DNA of 64,000 nt, taken from the human T2T-CHM13v2.0 reference genome, Homo sapiens. The stretch lies in the NCBI RefSeq assembly GCF_009914755.1, contig NC_060932.1. One strand, written 5' to 3'. Positions 22,138-38,659 of the stretch are shown here, piece by piece. Each line of letters opens with the position of its first letter. Positions within the stretch are counted from its first letter, which is position 1. The notes beneath the pieces are model-generated. The model worked only from the letters and a program-made list of their open reading frames with translations, had not been told where the DNA came from and made no database searches. Made by a program: the position numbers and the translations under genes.

Positions 22138-22870
22138 GTAAGAGTCGCTTGTCTTGGGTTGACAAAGGAGGAGAAAGGTAAAAGCATTTGGTCAGCACAC
22201 TGAGAGCTTGTGGTCTGGTAGCAAATCTGTTTTGTTTGGCTCCACTCACAGTCCAGTTCTTTAAAACAACATTGAATTAGTTATCTATGTTTATCAATCT
22301 TGAGAGTGCCTGTAAATATCTGGATATTGGCTTCCCATGAAAAGTCTAAAATCCTGCATTTCTGCATGAGAACAGTTGACCAGAGCAGTCCCATGAGAGC
22401 TGTCCATCCATGTACTCCCTGCTCCCCACAGCCCCTGACTACCCACCCTTCTCTTGTAGCCTCCCCACCTGGCCCCTGCAAACATTTGAGTTTGTGGTCC
22501 CTGGCCTAGATGATCTGAGCATAAATCATTGTCAACTTCAGAGAAGCTGTAAAATGTGGATATTTCAGTTTCTCAGCTGGTGTTTTAATACTGCTTTTTA
22601 GACCCAATGGAAGTTTCGTCTGTGTGCTGTACTATCTCCCTTACAATCAGATTGGAGTTCTTTTGGAAGCCTCTGGCTGAACAGATTCTATTCAAATGGT
22701 CATTTTCTAAAAGTAAATGACTATTGTTTGTACTTTATACAATGATAAAATGAAAACTCACATGATATTTTTGTTTTCCTTGGACTGAAACATAGTCTGG
22801 GTCCTCAACGTTGCCGGTGATGATGGTTGAACATCATGTTTTTTATAAACCTTAATTTCTCATTTAATAG

Positions 22871-22984
22871 GAAGAAAATCTCAGGAGAGCCAAAAGGGAG
22901 GACCTGAAGGTCAGCATCCACCAAATGGAGATGGAGAGGATCCGCTACGTCCTCAGCAGCTACTTGCGGTGTCGCCTCATGAAG
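22871..22984 (+). CDS. GINS4: GINS4 coding exon, aa 62-99
   Basis: aatag|GAA acceptor. Encodes EENLRRAKREDLKVSIHQMEMERIRYVLSSYLRCRLMK. Donor AAG|GTTTGA. 114 nt. Confidence 0.97.
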
Positions 22985-23492
22985 GTTTGACGTGGAGATA
23001 CCTGGAGGGATTGAGACAGCACAGTCTGTAATGCAGACTGAATGTCCTGGGGAAAACTTGGGCTGGGGCCCAGGAGGGTCCAGGACCTGAAGATGCTGCT
23101 AAGAGCCCAATATCCATGTAGCTAAACTGTAAGGAGAGCGAGAGATTGCTCCACAGAAGCACAGAGGAACGTGTGTGGCCCACTGCGGGGACACCGCACA
23201 CATTTTTAGTCTGTTCACCTGCCGAGTGAGTGGTTCCCCCTTGCGTTACAGCATGGCAGTGCTCAAGGGAGAGTTGTTGGCATTGGTCAATAGTGAATGC
23301 TGACTAGAGGAGAACTTGTTTCCAAAATTATTTTGTCTGTCAGATGGCCAACGTCAGTGTCAAATGAACCAGGATGACTTACATTCACCTACAGCTTTGT
23401 GGCTATCTAACTTACAAAAATGAAGTTGCAGGCCAGGCGTGGTGGCTCACACCTGTAATCCCAGCACTTTGGGAGGCTAGGCGGGTGGATCA

Positions 23493-23744
<252 letters not shown>

Positions 23745-23779
23745 CTAGTTTATAACTCTGAGAAATTCTTACTTCCTTG

Positions 23780-24370
23780 ACATTTCATTTGGTTCTATGT
23801 GTCTCTTTAGTTATTACAAATAAGATAAATTATCTCTTCTACATGAGAATGCTTCAGCTATCTGAAGACTGCCCACAGTCTCCTCGAAGTCTTCTCTCAG
23901 GCATACATTTTAGCCATTCAAACCATTTACTCTCCTGGTCTCTTCTCTAAAAGGGTTCTTGTTTGTCTCTATCCTTCTTAAGTTACACTATCTTAAACTA
24001 AACACAGTATCCCAGTTGTAGTTTGACCAAGTTTGTGAAAAACAGAATGATCATTTCTCTTATTCTGGTTATTAAGCTGGTAGTAATGCCAACCACATCA
24101 CATTAGCATATTTATCACATTAGCATATTGACAGGTACGCTGCCTGAGCTCATTCTTCACTCACGTGGACACTAACCCCTTTTAAGATGATAATTACCCC
24201 ATCCAGTCACTGTCCTCTACTTGTATGGCTTAGGTTTTGGCTCCTTAAGTGTAGGGCTTGATACTTATCTCTCTTAAGCTTTATCTTATTAAATTGGGCC
24301 ATTTCCCTTGTCTCTGGATGCTGATCTTGTCACCTAATGTATTAGCTGTCTCTTAATACTTTATGTCATC
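23780..24370 (-). mobile_element. L3/CR1 fragment
   Basis: cttaagtgtagggcttgatacttatctc and gatcttgtcacctaatgtattagctgtc...tgtcatc resemble recalled CR1 RT antisense. Confidence 0.55.
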
Positions 24371-24742
24371 AACCCCCTTGTTTTTTTATTTGTTTGGTTG
24401 TGTTTTTTTGTTTTTTTTGACAGAGTCTCACTCTGTTGCTCAGGCTGGAGTGCAGTGGCGCGATCTCAGCTCACTGCAACCTTCGCCCCCCAGGTTGACG
24501 TGATTCTGTTGCCTCAGCCTTCCAAGTAGCTGGGATTACATGCCCCTGCCACCAGGCCCAGCTGATTTTTAGAAGAGACAGGGTTTCACCATGTTGGCCA
24601 GGCTGATCTCGAACTCCTGACCTCAGGTGATCCACACCCACCTTGGCCTCCCAAAGTGCGGGGATTACAGGCATGAGCTACTGTGCCTGGCCCACATAAG
24701 GTTTTTGATGGCATGCTTACCAAAGCTGGTGATGACCAGTTA

Positions 24743-25132
<390 letters not shown>

Positions 25133-25373
25133 TCAGCCACTTAGGAGTCTCCCAATCCAAGCCGTCCCCTAGCCCCAGGTCCATAGCTTGCCTGCAAGGG
25201 TGTCTCAGAGACGTTGTCCTGTGTCTTATGGTGTGTCTCTCCACCCACCCTATCCCACCTCCAGGCCACATGTCCTTCCTCGGGAGGGTTGTGTAAACCC
25301 TCTTTATGTTAACCACATCCTTCTCTTTGACTTTTGCCAATGTTTTCATGAAGATTTTGCTTTATCCTCACAG

Positions 25374-25471
25374 ATAGAGAAGTTTTTCCCTCATGTCCTT
25401 GAGAAGGAAAAAACACGTCCTGAGGGGGAGCCTTCCAGCCTCTCGCCGGAAGAGTTGGCCTTTGCCAGAGA
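25374..25471 (+). CDS. GINS4: GINS4 coding exon
   Basis: cacag|ATA acceptor. Encodes IEKFFPHVLEKEKTRPEGEPSSLSPEELAFAR+GA. Donor AGA|GTGAGT. 98 nt. Confidence 0.97.
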
Positions 25472-25611
25472 GTGAGTGAGTGAGCCGTTGGCGTGGGGCA
25501 CCTGGCTGGTTCAGCATGAGGCCTGTCCTAGAGGCCTGTGCGCTGCTGCCTGCTAACCTTGGACGTCCATCAGCTGTGTACACCACAGCGATTTGAATCC
25601 ATGTCTTTCAG

Positions 25612-25700
25612 GTTCATGGCGAACACAGAGTCCTATCTGAAAAATGTCGCCTTGAAGCACATGCCCCCTAACTTACAGAAGGTGGACCTCTTTCGGGCAG
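25612..25700 (+). CDS. GINS4: GINS4 coding exon
   Basis: tttcag|G acceptor. Encodes (E)FMANTESYLKNVALKHMPPNLQKVDLFRA+G. Donor CAG|GTAAAC. 89 nt. Confidence 0.97.
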
Positions 25701-26529
25701 GTAAACAGGACGTTCTCCCTGCAGGTGGCCCACCCATCCTCAGGTGTCCCAGGGTAGGATCCTCTCTTCACTGTTTTTACCCAAATACAAAAAAGTAAGT
25801 ATGTAGATAAACAGAAAGAAGAGCAAGGATTCTAGCTAAAAACCAAAAAAATCACGGAAAGCAGATCCAATGGTAGGCATTTGAGCATTGCTTCCTTGTT
25901 CCCTGGGGTGGGCTGAGCCCCATGACTGCACTGGTGCTTGTAGACTCGGGCATGGAGCCGCGTTCGCCTTCAGTAGCCATCTGCTGAGCCTCTGTGAGGT
26001 GCTGGCAGCCCCGAGTACCAGCACTGCAGAGCCTACACCAACATTGCCCCTGCTCAGAGGGGCTGGCCATCTCTTCGTCACAGGTCCCAGAATGCACAGG
26101 GCTCGCCTAGCTGGAGGGGAGGGCTGAAACAGGAGGCTAGGGAGACCTCCAGTGAGTCCCTGTGGCCTCAGAAGAGGGAGCAGGTTGGAGGGTGTGGAGA
26201 GAGGAGGGAGGGGAGCCGGGGAAGGGGAGCTTGGCCGGAGCCCCTCCTCGGGCTTCTTCGCACCAGCCCCTGAGGGCTGCCGAGCAAGGAAAGGGAGGTA
26301 TAGGCAGAGCCCTTAACGTCGGATCAACCCACCGGGGGCCCTGGCTTACAGGATAAAGCCCATGTTCCTCAGTGTTTCACAGTGCGCCAGATCCAAGCAA
26401 GACCTCCTCAGGCAAAATTGCCATACCAAATCAAACGAGCTCCAGTACACCCGAGCCCTGGAAATTCATCTCTGCCCAGCCTGTGCTGGGGCTGGGGACC
26501 ACACAGCCACCCCTGCGGTGGTGGAACAG

Positions 26530-27245
26530 GGTCTTAGTCCCTTTGGGCTGCTCACAGTTATGGAGACTGGGAAGTCCAGGATCCAGGCCCCCACAGACTC
26601 AGTGTCTGCCAAGAGCCTGTTCCTCATAGATGGCGCCTTCCATATGTCCTCACAGAGAAGGGAAGGGGCAAGCAGACTCTCAGGCTACTTTTATAAGATC
26701 ACTAATCCTAGTCTCTGTGTGTCCTAGTCCCCTCCCTCCCCCCCACCTTTTGATTTTTGTTTTTTGTTTGCTTTTTATTTTTTGAGACAAGGTCTTGCTC
26801 AGTTGCCCCAGCTGGAGTAGATTGACGCTGTCATAGCTCACTGCAGCCTTGAACTCCTGGGCTCAAGCGATCCTCCCACCTCAGCTTCCCAAGTAGCTGG
26901 AACTACAGGCATGTGCCACCATGCTTGGCTATTATTTTTAAAATTTTTTTGTGGAGACAGAATCTTGCCATGTTGCGTAGGCTGGTGTCAAACTCCTGGC
27001 CTCAATTGATCCTCCAGCCTCAGCCTCTCAAAATGCTGAGATCACAGGCATAAGCCACTGTGCCTGGCCTATTCTCTTCTTATAAGACACCAGTCAGATT
27101 GGATTAGGGCCCACACTACTTGGCCTCGCTTTCACTTAATTGCCTCTTTAAAAGCCCTGTTTCCGAATACAATCCCACGCTGAAATACTGGGGGTTAGGG
27201 CTTCAGCGTATGAATTGTGCAGGGACACAGTGTAGCCCATAACAC
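26530..27245. mobile_element. MLT1-type LTR interrupted by an antisense AluJ
   Basis: ctcacagttatggagactgggaagtccaggatc, cttataagacaccagtcagattggattagggcccac, ggggttagggcttcagc. Confidence 0.7.
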
Positions 27246-27504
27246 CAGGAGCAAGTCAGACCCATACCAGACTTGTGGAACCCTGAATTGGTCATTTTGC
27301 TGAGGCTGCCTGAGGAAAACAAAAGGCCCAATGCGTGTCCAGTTTCCTCCCTGGTCAGCCACTCTGTCTGCATCTTTGAAGAGTAGGAATGGGCTGGGCT
27401 CCTATCTAAACCCTGAGTGTGCCATACCATTCTTCCCAGCAACTTTTACTTTGTTGACTTTGTTGGCCGAGGATTTCCTAATCACATTGTTGTTTTCCTG
27501 GCAG

Positions 27505-27595
27505 TTCCCAAACCAGATCTAGATTCTTACGTGTTTCTGAGAGTGAGAGAACGACAAGAAAACATACTGGTAGAACCAGACACAGATGAGCAGAG
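27505..27595 (+). CDS. GINS4: GINS4 coding exon
   Basis: ggcag|TT acceptor. Encodes (V)PKPDLDSYVFLRVRERQENILVEPDTDEQ+AG. Donor GAG|GTGAGT. 91 nt. Confidence 0.97.
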
Positions 27596-27686
27596 GTGAG
27601 TGGCGTGCATCTTTCACAGTGGGCACATTCCTCCCGATGGAGGGCCAGCCGAGCTCTGCAGGCAAATGTGTTTCCCTCTTTTTCAG

Positions 27687-27783
27687 GGACTACGTGATTG
27701 ACCTGGAGAAGGGCTCACAGCACTTGATCCGATACAAAACCATTGCACCTCTGGTTGCATCTGGAGCTGTCCAGCTAATTTAA
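27687..27783 (+). CDS. GINS4: GINS4 last coding exon, stop TAA 27781-27783
   Basis: tttcag|G acceptor. Encodes (R)[31 protein letters not shown]. Exon lengths 96+87+114+98+89+91+97=672 nt = 223 aa + stop, with consistent phases. Confidence 0.97.
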
Positions 27784-27797
27784 AACTAGGCATAAAC

Positions 27798-28459
<662 letters not shown>

Positions 28460-29399
28460 TCAGACATTCCTCAGCAGTGCTGTGGGTCACAGGCGTGAAG
28501 CGGAGCTCGAGGCAGGATTGCTTGTGTTGCTGCATGTCCTGTCTGCTGTTTTAGCCCGTGTCAGTAGATGGGGCCATTGTACTGTTTGTTCTGCACACTT
28601 GGCGGAGCAGCAGAGGCTCTCAGCACGCCTTTTCCCTTTGTAGTATTTTCTGAGCTAAGGAAAGTCAGGCAGAAGTAGTTCATAAGAAGGCATCACTGCC
28701 TGTGATCGGGGCTGCATTTAGCCCTGACCTGATAATGGTAGGAGAGTTCATTTAGCCTTTCTGCTGCGAAGATTGTAAATAGATTAAAGAAAACAGCTGT
28801 GGCCTTCTCCCGTCATACATCATTAGACTGTGTAAACTAACATTTTAGAACCTCTAATATTGGACTTAAAACCAATTTCTGTCGTGCTTAATTGAAAATC
28901 ACAACTAAACCAATAAACCATTATTAAATTTCCATTCTGCAGCAGAAGGCACCTCTGGACGGCTCCCGGCTTGTAGTTTAATGAAGTATGTGCTCCCTGC
29001 TGTTAACCCGCAGCCCTCCCCAACTCTCCAGCAGCTTTGCCAAGTCAGCCTCCGGGCCATCTGGCTGTCCTTGGCCAAGGCACTGTTAACAGAGTGACGT
29101 TAACCATCTTGTATTGTGACCTGTGGCCGCTTTTCTGGTTTAAGTCCTTCACTTTTTCAAGAGGAATGGATGACATTAATGTGCATGCAGAGTCTCACAG
29201 TGATGCCGGAAGGAAGGATGTATAGGCAGTGAATGAATGATCTTTCCTTGAAATGCTATAAAAAGCAACCTGCATTCCAGTCTTTTCTTCCTGGTTGAAG
29301 TTGGCAGATTTCCATTTGCAGGGTATGGGCTGCGAGAGTAATCAGGGTAACATTGCTGTCATTTCCAAGAGAAATCAGTAGGGGAAAGCAAGGGAGGTC

Positions 29400-29733
<334 letters not shown>

Positions 29734-30218
29734 TGATACTCGTGCAGTCCCTGGAGGGTCTCACTGGAGAGACAACATTTAGGCTGAGATCTGATTAACA
29801 GGAGGCAGCTGCAGTGCAGAGGTCAAAAGGGAGGGTGTTCCAGGCAGAGAAAACAGCCTGTGCAAAGGCCCTGAGGCAGAAACAAACTCTACTTGAGGTC
29901 AGCCTGGTTAGAAAGCCCAACTCAAAATAGAAAGTATTACATGATAAGGTCTGAGGCAGGCTGGACCCAGATCTTACAGGACCTTGTTAATAAGGATCCC
30001 ATTTGGTCCCCCACAGTCCTGAGAAGCAGGCAGGGCTGTGGGAAACAGCAGATATTTAGTGGTAAGCCTGAGATCAGAACCCAAGTCTGCACTTCCTAGT
30101 CACGTTCTCCCTGTAGTGCTAAGCCCAGAGACCTGAGCTGTTAACCTAGAACAGTGTGCTTCCTAAGCCTTAATGTGCATACCCATCGCCTGGAGCTCGC
30201 CTTAAGATGTAGGTTCTG

Positions 30219-30458
30219 CCTGAAGCCCAAGTTCATTTAGTATGTCATGGTTAATTCAGAGTAAAATCAAGAGTTAGTACTTGATTTATGCTTGTTATAT
30301 AAAGAAAGAGACAACTTCACTGTATGATCATTTTGTCACTTTTCAAAAGCATTTAATTCCCATTCAATTGAAAATGTTTCAAGAACAAACCTGTTTGGTC
30401 ATTTTATTGATATTGCACATTTGTATATGAATAAATTTTTGCAAATTAAAAAAAAAAA
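30219..30458 (+). mobile_element. Orphan retro-insert (5'-truncated polyadenylated RNA copy) inside a MER5A-like element
   Basis: Perfect 15-bp TSD AAGATGTAGGTTCTG (30204-30218 and 30457-30471), AATAAA 30430-30435, A-tract 30448-30458, L1-endonuclease-like site TT/AAGA. Confidence 0.8.
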
Positions 30459-30830
30459 GATGTAGGTTCTGAAACAGGGTGAGGTCCAGGATCCTGCCTT
30501 TCTAAGGAGCTCCCACGTTGTGCAGTTGCTGCTGGCCCGGGGACCACATTGAATGACGGCTCTACGTCCTCATGCCTCCAGCTGCTGCCCTGTACATGTC
30601 CAACTGCACGGAGCACTTTACATCCTCTAAAACCACAGTAAATTGCTCCATTTCCTAAATTACCTCTTCAAGAGAAGACTGGTTTTGATGTCATTTTTAA
30701 ATAAAGGAGAAGTTGAATTTCAAAACCAAGTGGAACAGGAAATGATGTGACTTGGTTGACATTGATTTTAACATTTGGTTCATGGTGAGTGTTTTGCTTT
30801 ATTGTTAAAAACTCGCCACTAAAAGCATGA

Positions 30831-31421
<591 letters not shown>

Positions 31422-31637
31422 TAGTGTTCTTTAATTTATCTTGGGAAGCCAAATATCCCATTTAGAATTCTGTAAGAACTGATTTTTCAAATGTATCTAA
31501 TCAACTAGCTATGAAAGCCCTCTCATTATATTGTCCAAAAAACCTTTGTTTTTTAAAAAAACAAAATCAGTATTCTGTACTTATTTAACAGATTTGGTTT
31601 CAAATAGCTTGGCTATTTCCAAAAAATCGGATATTCA

Positions 31638-32218
<581 letters not shown>

Positions 32219-32321
32219 TAGCCAAGATGGTCTTGATCTCCTGACCTCATGATCTGCCCACCTCGGCCTCCCAAGTGCTGGGATTACAGGTGTGAACCAC
32301 CACGCCTGGCCGTATATATAG

Positions 32322-32722
<401 letters not shown>

Positions 32723-32886
32723 TAACTTGTAAATCTCCACAACATACCTATGCAAGGAAAAATTTGAGATTTTGGAATGGGCAAAACATTACTGGCTATC
32801 CTTTCAATGTAATGCTTGATCCCTGTGTGCTGTGTGCCCATGTCTTTAAATTTTACAACTCTGTAGAGGTACAAGTTGATTTATAG

Positions 32887-33237
<351 letters not shown>

Positions 33238-34240
33238 TGAAGTGATCCATCTGCCTTGGCTCCCAAAGTGCTGGGATTACAGGCATGAGCCATGGCATCT
33301 GGTGAGCTTTGATACCAGACTCCTTTGCTGAAGGCCACATCACTTCTAAGTAGAGATGTGATCAAACCCCAGTGAGGCCAGGGCACCTGAGTCCATCCTT
33401 TTCATCTTACTGTAATCTTTCTTTCCACAAAAGAAAAGAAGATCCAAAAATGTTTTCAGCAACAATAGCTTCACTGGAATAAGTTCTCATATTCGAAAAA
33501 GACTCATTTGAGGGAATAACCACTGCCATTCACATTGCTTTAGAGGAGGTGGCATTTTTCTCAACATAGCTTTCTGTTTTAACCAGGTCATATTCTATGT
33601 AACACAATGCTGACAAATTCTGCCTAGCTTGTTAAGACAAAGAAAACCACTCGAAGTAAAGTCAGCACACAATTAACCTAAGTCTTGCTTCTTGTTCAGT
33701 TCTATTAGTTTCTATGGAAATAAGAATAAAAGTAAATGACTATTTTTGCTTCTAAGGAATTTACAATTAATCCTGAGAAGATGTCTTAAGTGTAAACCTA
33801 AAAGTATGGGATTTTTTGGCTCAAAAAAAAAATTTTCCTAACGGCCAGGCCTAGGGTTAAGAGGAAGTTATTTTCTTGGGTTCAGAGATTTGCATATGAA
33901 TGTTTTAAGCCTCTTAAAGTGACTTAAAACAACCTGGGACCCAAAGTTGTTGCCAGCTCAAATGTAAATGTTTTTAAACTTCAAATTGCTGCTTCTGTTA
34001 TCACTGAACCTATTAATTTTCCTTAAACAGAATTCTGACCATTTCATTGCCTCTTAAAAAGCTTCAGTGGGCCAGGCACAGTGGCTCACAGCTGTAATCT
34101 CAGCACTTTGGGAGGCAGAGGCGGAGGATTACCTGAGGTCAGGAGTTCAAGACCAGCCAAGCCAATATGGTAAAACCCCATCTCTACTAAAAATATGAAA
34201 ATTAGCTAGGCATGGTGTCAGGTGACTGTAATCCCAGCTA

Positions 34241-34363
<123 letters not shown>

Positions 34364-37271
34364 TCATTGGTTACTCATTGCCTACAGAAAAGGAAACAGT
34401 AAAGGAGATTAATATTTATCTGTGTCTTGGACAATAGGCAAATTGCTTTCCATGAATTATCTTATTTAATCCTCATAAGGACCCTACGAGATAAGCGCCA
34501 GCTCACCACGGTACCCCAGCTTCCTGGTCAAATTGTCCTCTTTCCCTAAATAGTTTATGACCTCTTTTTTAATATCTACAGTTTTACTATTTTATTAAAA
34601 TCCCACCAAATTCTTTGGGGAATTAAGTAAGGTGTACAAGTTTTCATATGAGAAACACTGGAGTGATTTGGGCACACATAGCTTTCTGGTCGGCCTGCAA
34701 TCTCACTTCCAGAATAGGTCATGAAAATAACAGTGAGAAATGGCCTCTCCCACACCCAGCTTCACGTGTTAAAGCGTGTGCTGTCCACTCCCACTTCTGT
34801 TTGCAGACGTGGCTGCCCTCAACCTCCGGACAAGTGATTTGGTCCTCAATCCAGGTGAGACTGTAGCAGGCCTCCTTTGTTTGTGTAGAAGATCATCAAC
34901 TTTGCCATCTTCTGGCATCTGAAGCTTTCTGATCTCCAGTCAACAACATAACATGTACCCTTTGGGTCCTCTTTAGTGAGCTCATGGGTAGGCTGCTGCC
35001 CACACTCTTGTCAACAGTTTAACAACTAACACGAGAGAGCCGAAGGGCTGTTTCTTCAGTCCATTTCTCTTGGTTCTCCAACTTTTTTTTTGAGACGGAG
35101 TCTCACTTTGTCGCCCAGGCTAGGGTGCAGTGGCGTGATCTTGGCTCACGGCAACATCTGCCTCCTGGAGTCCAAGCAATTCTCCTGACTCAGCCTCCAG
35201 AGTAGCTGGGACTACAGGCGCATACCACGGCGCCCAGCTAATTTTTGTATTTTTTGTAGATATGGATGGTGTCTCACCATGATGCCCACACTGATCTCGA
35301 ACTTCTGAGCTCAGGCAATCCACCCACCTCAGCCTCCCAAAGTGCTAGGATTATAGGCATGAGCCACCACTCCCAGCCATCCAACTTTTACTTCTGTATC
35401 AAACTGGATCCCATTAGTCAGTATTTCTGGATGAATGTTTTAGTTCTTTGCTTTTAGCAAAGAGACAGCCATGTGAAAAACATTTCCATGTTTTCTGAAA
35501 ATTAGAACTGAAGGCATTATCTATTACATATCCATTGTTTCTATATAAGAATCCCTGTAATAAATTTTTCTCAGAATTCAGTGCAAGTAAAAGTTTATAT
35601 TTTCAAACTTTATGGTTCATTTTATCAGACAAATGAGTCCTATCTGTTCCCCTTCCCGGCCTTCCTACCAGGAACTCAGAGCCACTTTGTGTGCCCCTGC
35701 CTCCCTCTGAGCTTCCTTGTGTCTTTCCTTAAATAGTTTCCGATCTCCTTATGATACCTACAGTTTCAATCTTCTATTTTGCCTTAATTTTAAAAGCTAC
35801 CCCAAATTTGGGGAAGAATTACATAAAAGATATATAAGTACATATTAGTAACTTGGATATATATTAGTTCCCACTTTTTAAAACATGTATGGGAATGAGT
35901 GATTTATAAGCCATTTGACAGCATATGAATTCCTAAGTAGGAAAATTCATAAGCAAAAGTGGTAATGAAGGCAGGAGGTGTAGTGTCCTCTCACTCCAGC
36001 ACTTGTTTAAAAAGAGTGGCCAGGTGAGGTAAGTGACCTAGTAACAACAGCAGGTGCCAGGTATAACTCCATTCACTTTAGTCAACAAACAGGTAGGCTG
36101 GCTGGGTGCGGTGCCTCACGCCTGTAATCCCAGCACTTTGAGAGGCCGAGGCAGGCAGATCACTTGAGATCAGGAGTTCAAGACCAGCCTGACCAACATG
36201 GTGAAACCCCCATCTCTACTAAAAATACAAAAAAAAAATTAGCCGGGCATGGTGGCGGGTGCCTGTAATTCCAGCTACTCGGGAGGCTGAGGCAGGAGAA
36301 TTGCTTGAACCCAGGAGGTGAAGGTTGCAGGTGAGCCGAGATGATGCCACTGCACTCCAGCCTGGATGACAGAGTGAGACTGCATCTCAAAAAAAAAAAA
36401 AAAAGGTGGGGTTAGACATTGTGGTATGTGCTGCACATTCAGAGAAGAAAGCCCCTGTCTTAAAGCAGCTTACAGTCTAGCGAGGGAGACCAACAAAAAC
36501 CAAATCACAGCATACTATGCTTGTATAAAGGTAGGAATGGGCAGGGCACAGTGGCACACTTCTGTAATCCCAGCACTTTGGGGGGCCAAGATGGAAAGAT
36601 TGTTTGAGCCCAGGAGTTCTAGATCAGCCTAGGCAACACAGCAAAACCTCACCTCTACCAAAAATACTAAAGCCAGGTGTGGTGGAATGTGCTTGTAGTC
36701 CCAGCTACTCAGGAGGCTGGGGTGGGAGGATGGTTTGTTTGAGCCCAACAGGAGGACATTGCAGTGAGCCAAGATGGCACTATTGCACTCCAGCCTGGGC
36801 AACAGAGCTAGACCATGCCTCAAAAAAAGAAAAAGAGAAAAGAAAAAATGAATGAACAGGGGGTATTATGAAAAAACACAGGAAGAACTCGAAAGACTGG
36901 AAGAGTCCTGAAGTCTTCCCAGAAGAGGTGGTACCCAAGCCAAGACTTGAAACACTGGAGAGCTAGCCAGGCTGAGGAAGGAAGAGAGGATGGCTACTGG
37001 AGGCAGAAAGGTCACATGCAAAGGCACAGAAGCCACAGGGTGGATCCAGTACTCTGGAAACTCCCAGGAGTTGGGCATGGCAGGTGCATCAGACAAGATT
37101 CGGGGATAGGAGGAGAGGCAGTTTCCCATCTTGGAGGAGTCTTATAGGAGTCTCATGGGAGACAGGTTTTCAGACAAAAGTCTTCAGGAGTCTGATTTGT
37201 CATGCTAAAATGTAAATGTATGAATTTTGCATGAAAACATTTAGAAGGCTCTGAAAGATTTTAATATTTGA

Positions 37272-37990
<719 letters not shown>

Positions 37991-38659
37991 TGACTGTGGA
38001 GAATGGAGGTCACACTGGAGGGTTAGGAGCCAGGGCTGTGTGGGCAAATCCAAGCCAGAAGGAATGAGGGTCTTGTAGTACATGCAGGAAGAGGTAACCT
38101 GGCAGTGTACTGGGCCTTCTGCTGCTGTAGTGGTGGACTAGGCCATATGGATCATTTTTAGTGAAGACAAACACTGGGTGAAACATAAAAAGCATTTTTC
38201 TAAAGCCATCAAGGAGCTAACAAGCTAGTGAGGAATTGTTGCACCAAGATCTAGAAGACCACAGTCAAAAGAGGTCAATACAGGCCGGGCGTGGTGGCTC
38301 ACATGTGTAATCCCAGCACTTTGGGAGGCCGAGGCAGGCGGATCACGAGGTCAGGAGACTGAGACCATTCTGGCAAACACTGTGAAACCCCGTCTCTACT
38401 AAAACTATAAAAAATTAGCCGGGCGTGGTGGTGGGCTCCTGTAGTTCCAGCTACTCAGGAGGCTGAGGCAGGAGAATGGCATGAACCCGAGGGGTGGAGC
38501 TTGCAGTGAGCTGAGATCACGCTACTGCACTCCAGCCTGGGCAACAGAGCGAGACTCCATCTCAAAAAAAAAAAAAAAAAAAAAAAAGCGGGGGTCAATA
38601 CAGCATTTGCCCAGGCCAAGTGGTAGCTGAGAGACAGCAGTGCTTCCAACAGCCTCAAG

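Noticed and set aside
27586-27783. 65-aa ORF reading through the last GINS4 intron into the final exon
   Set aside because: It starts out of frame with the preceding exon. True intron retention stops at once (AGG TGA).
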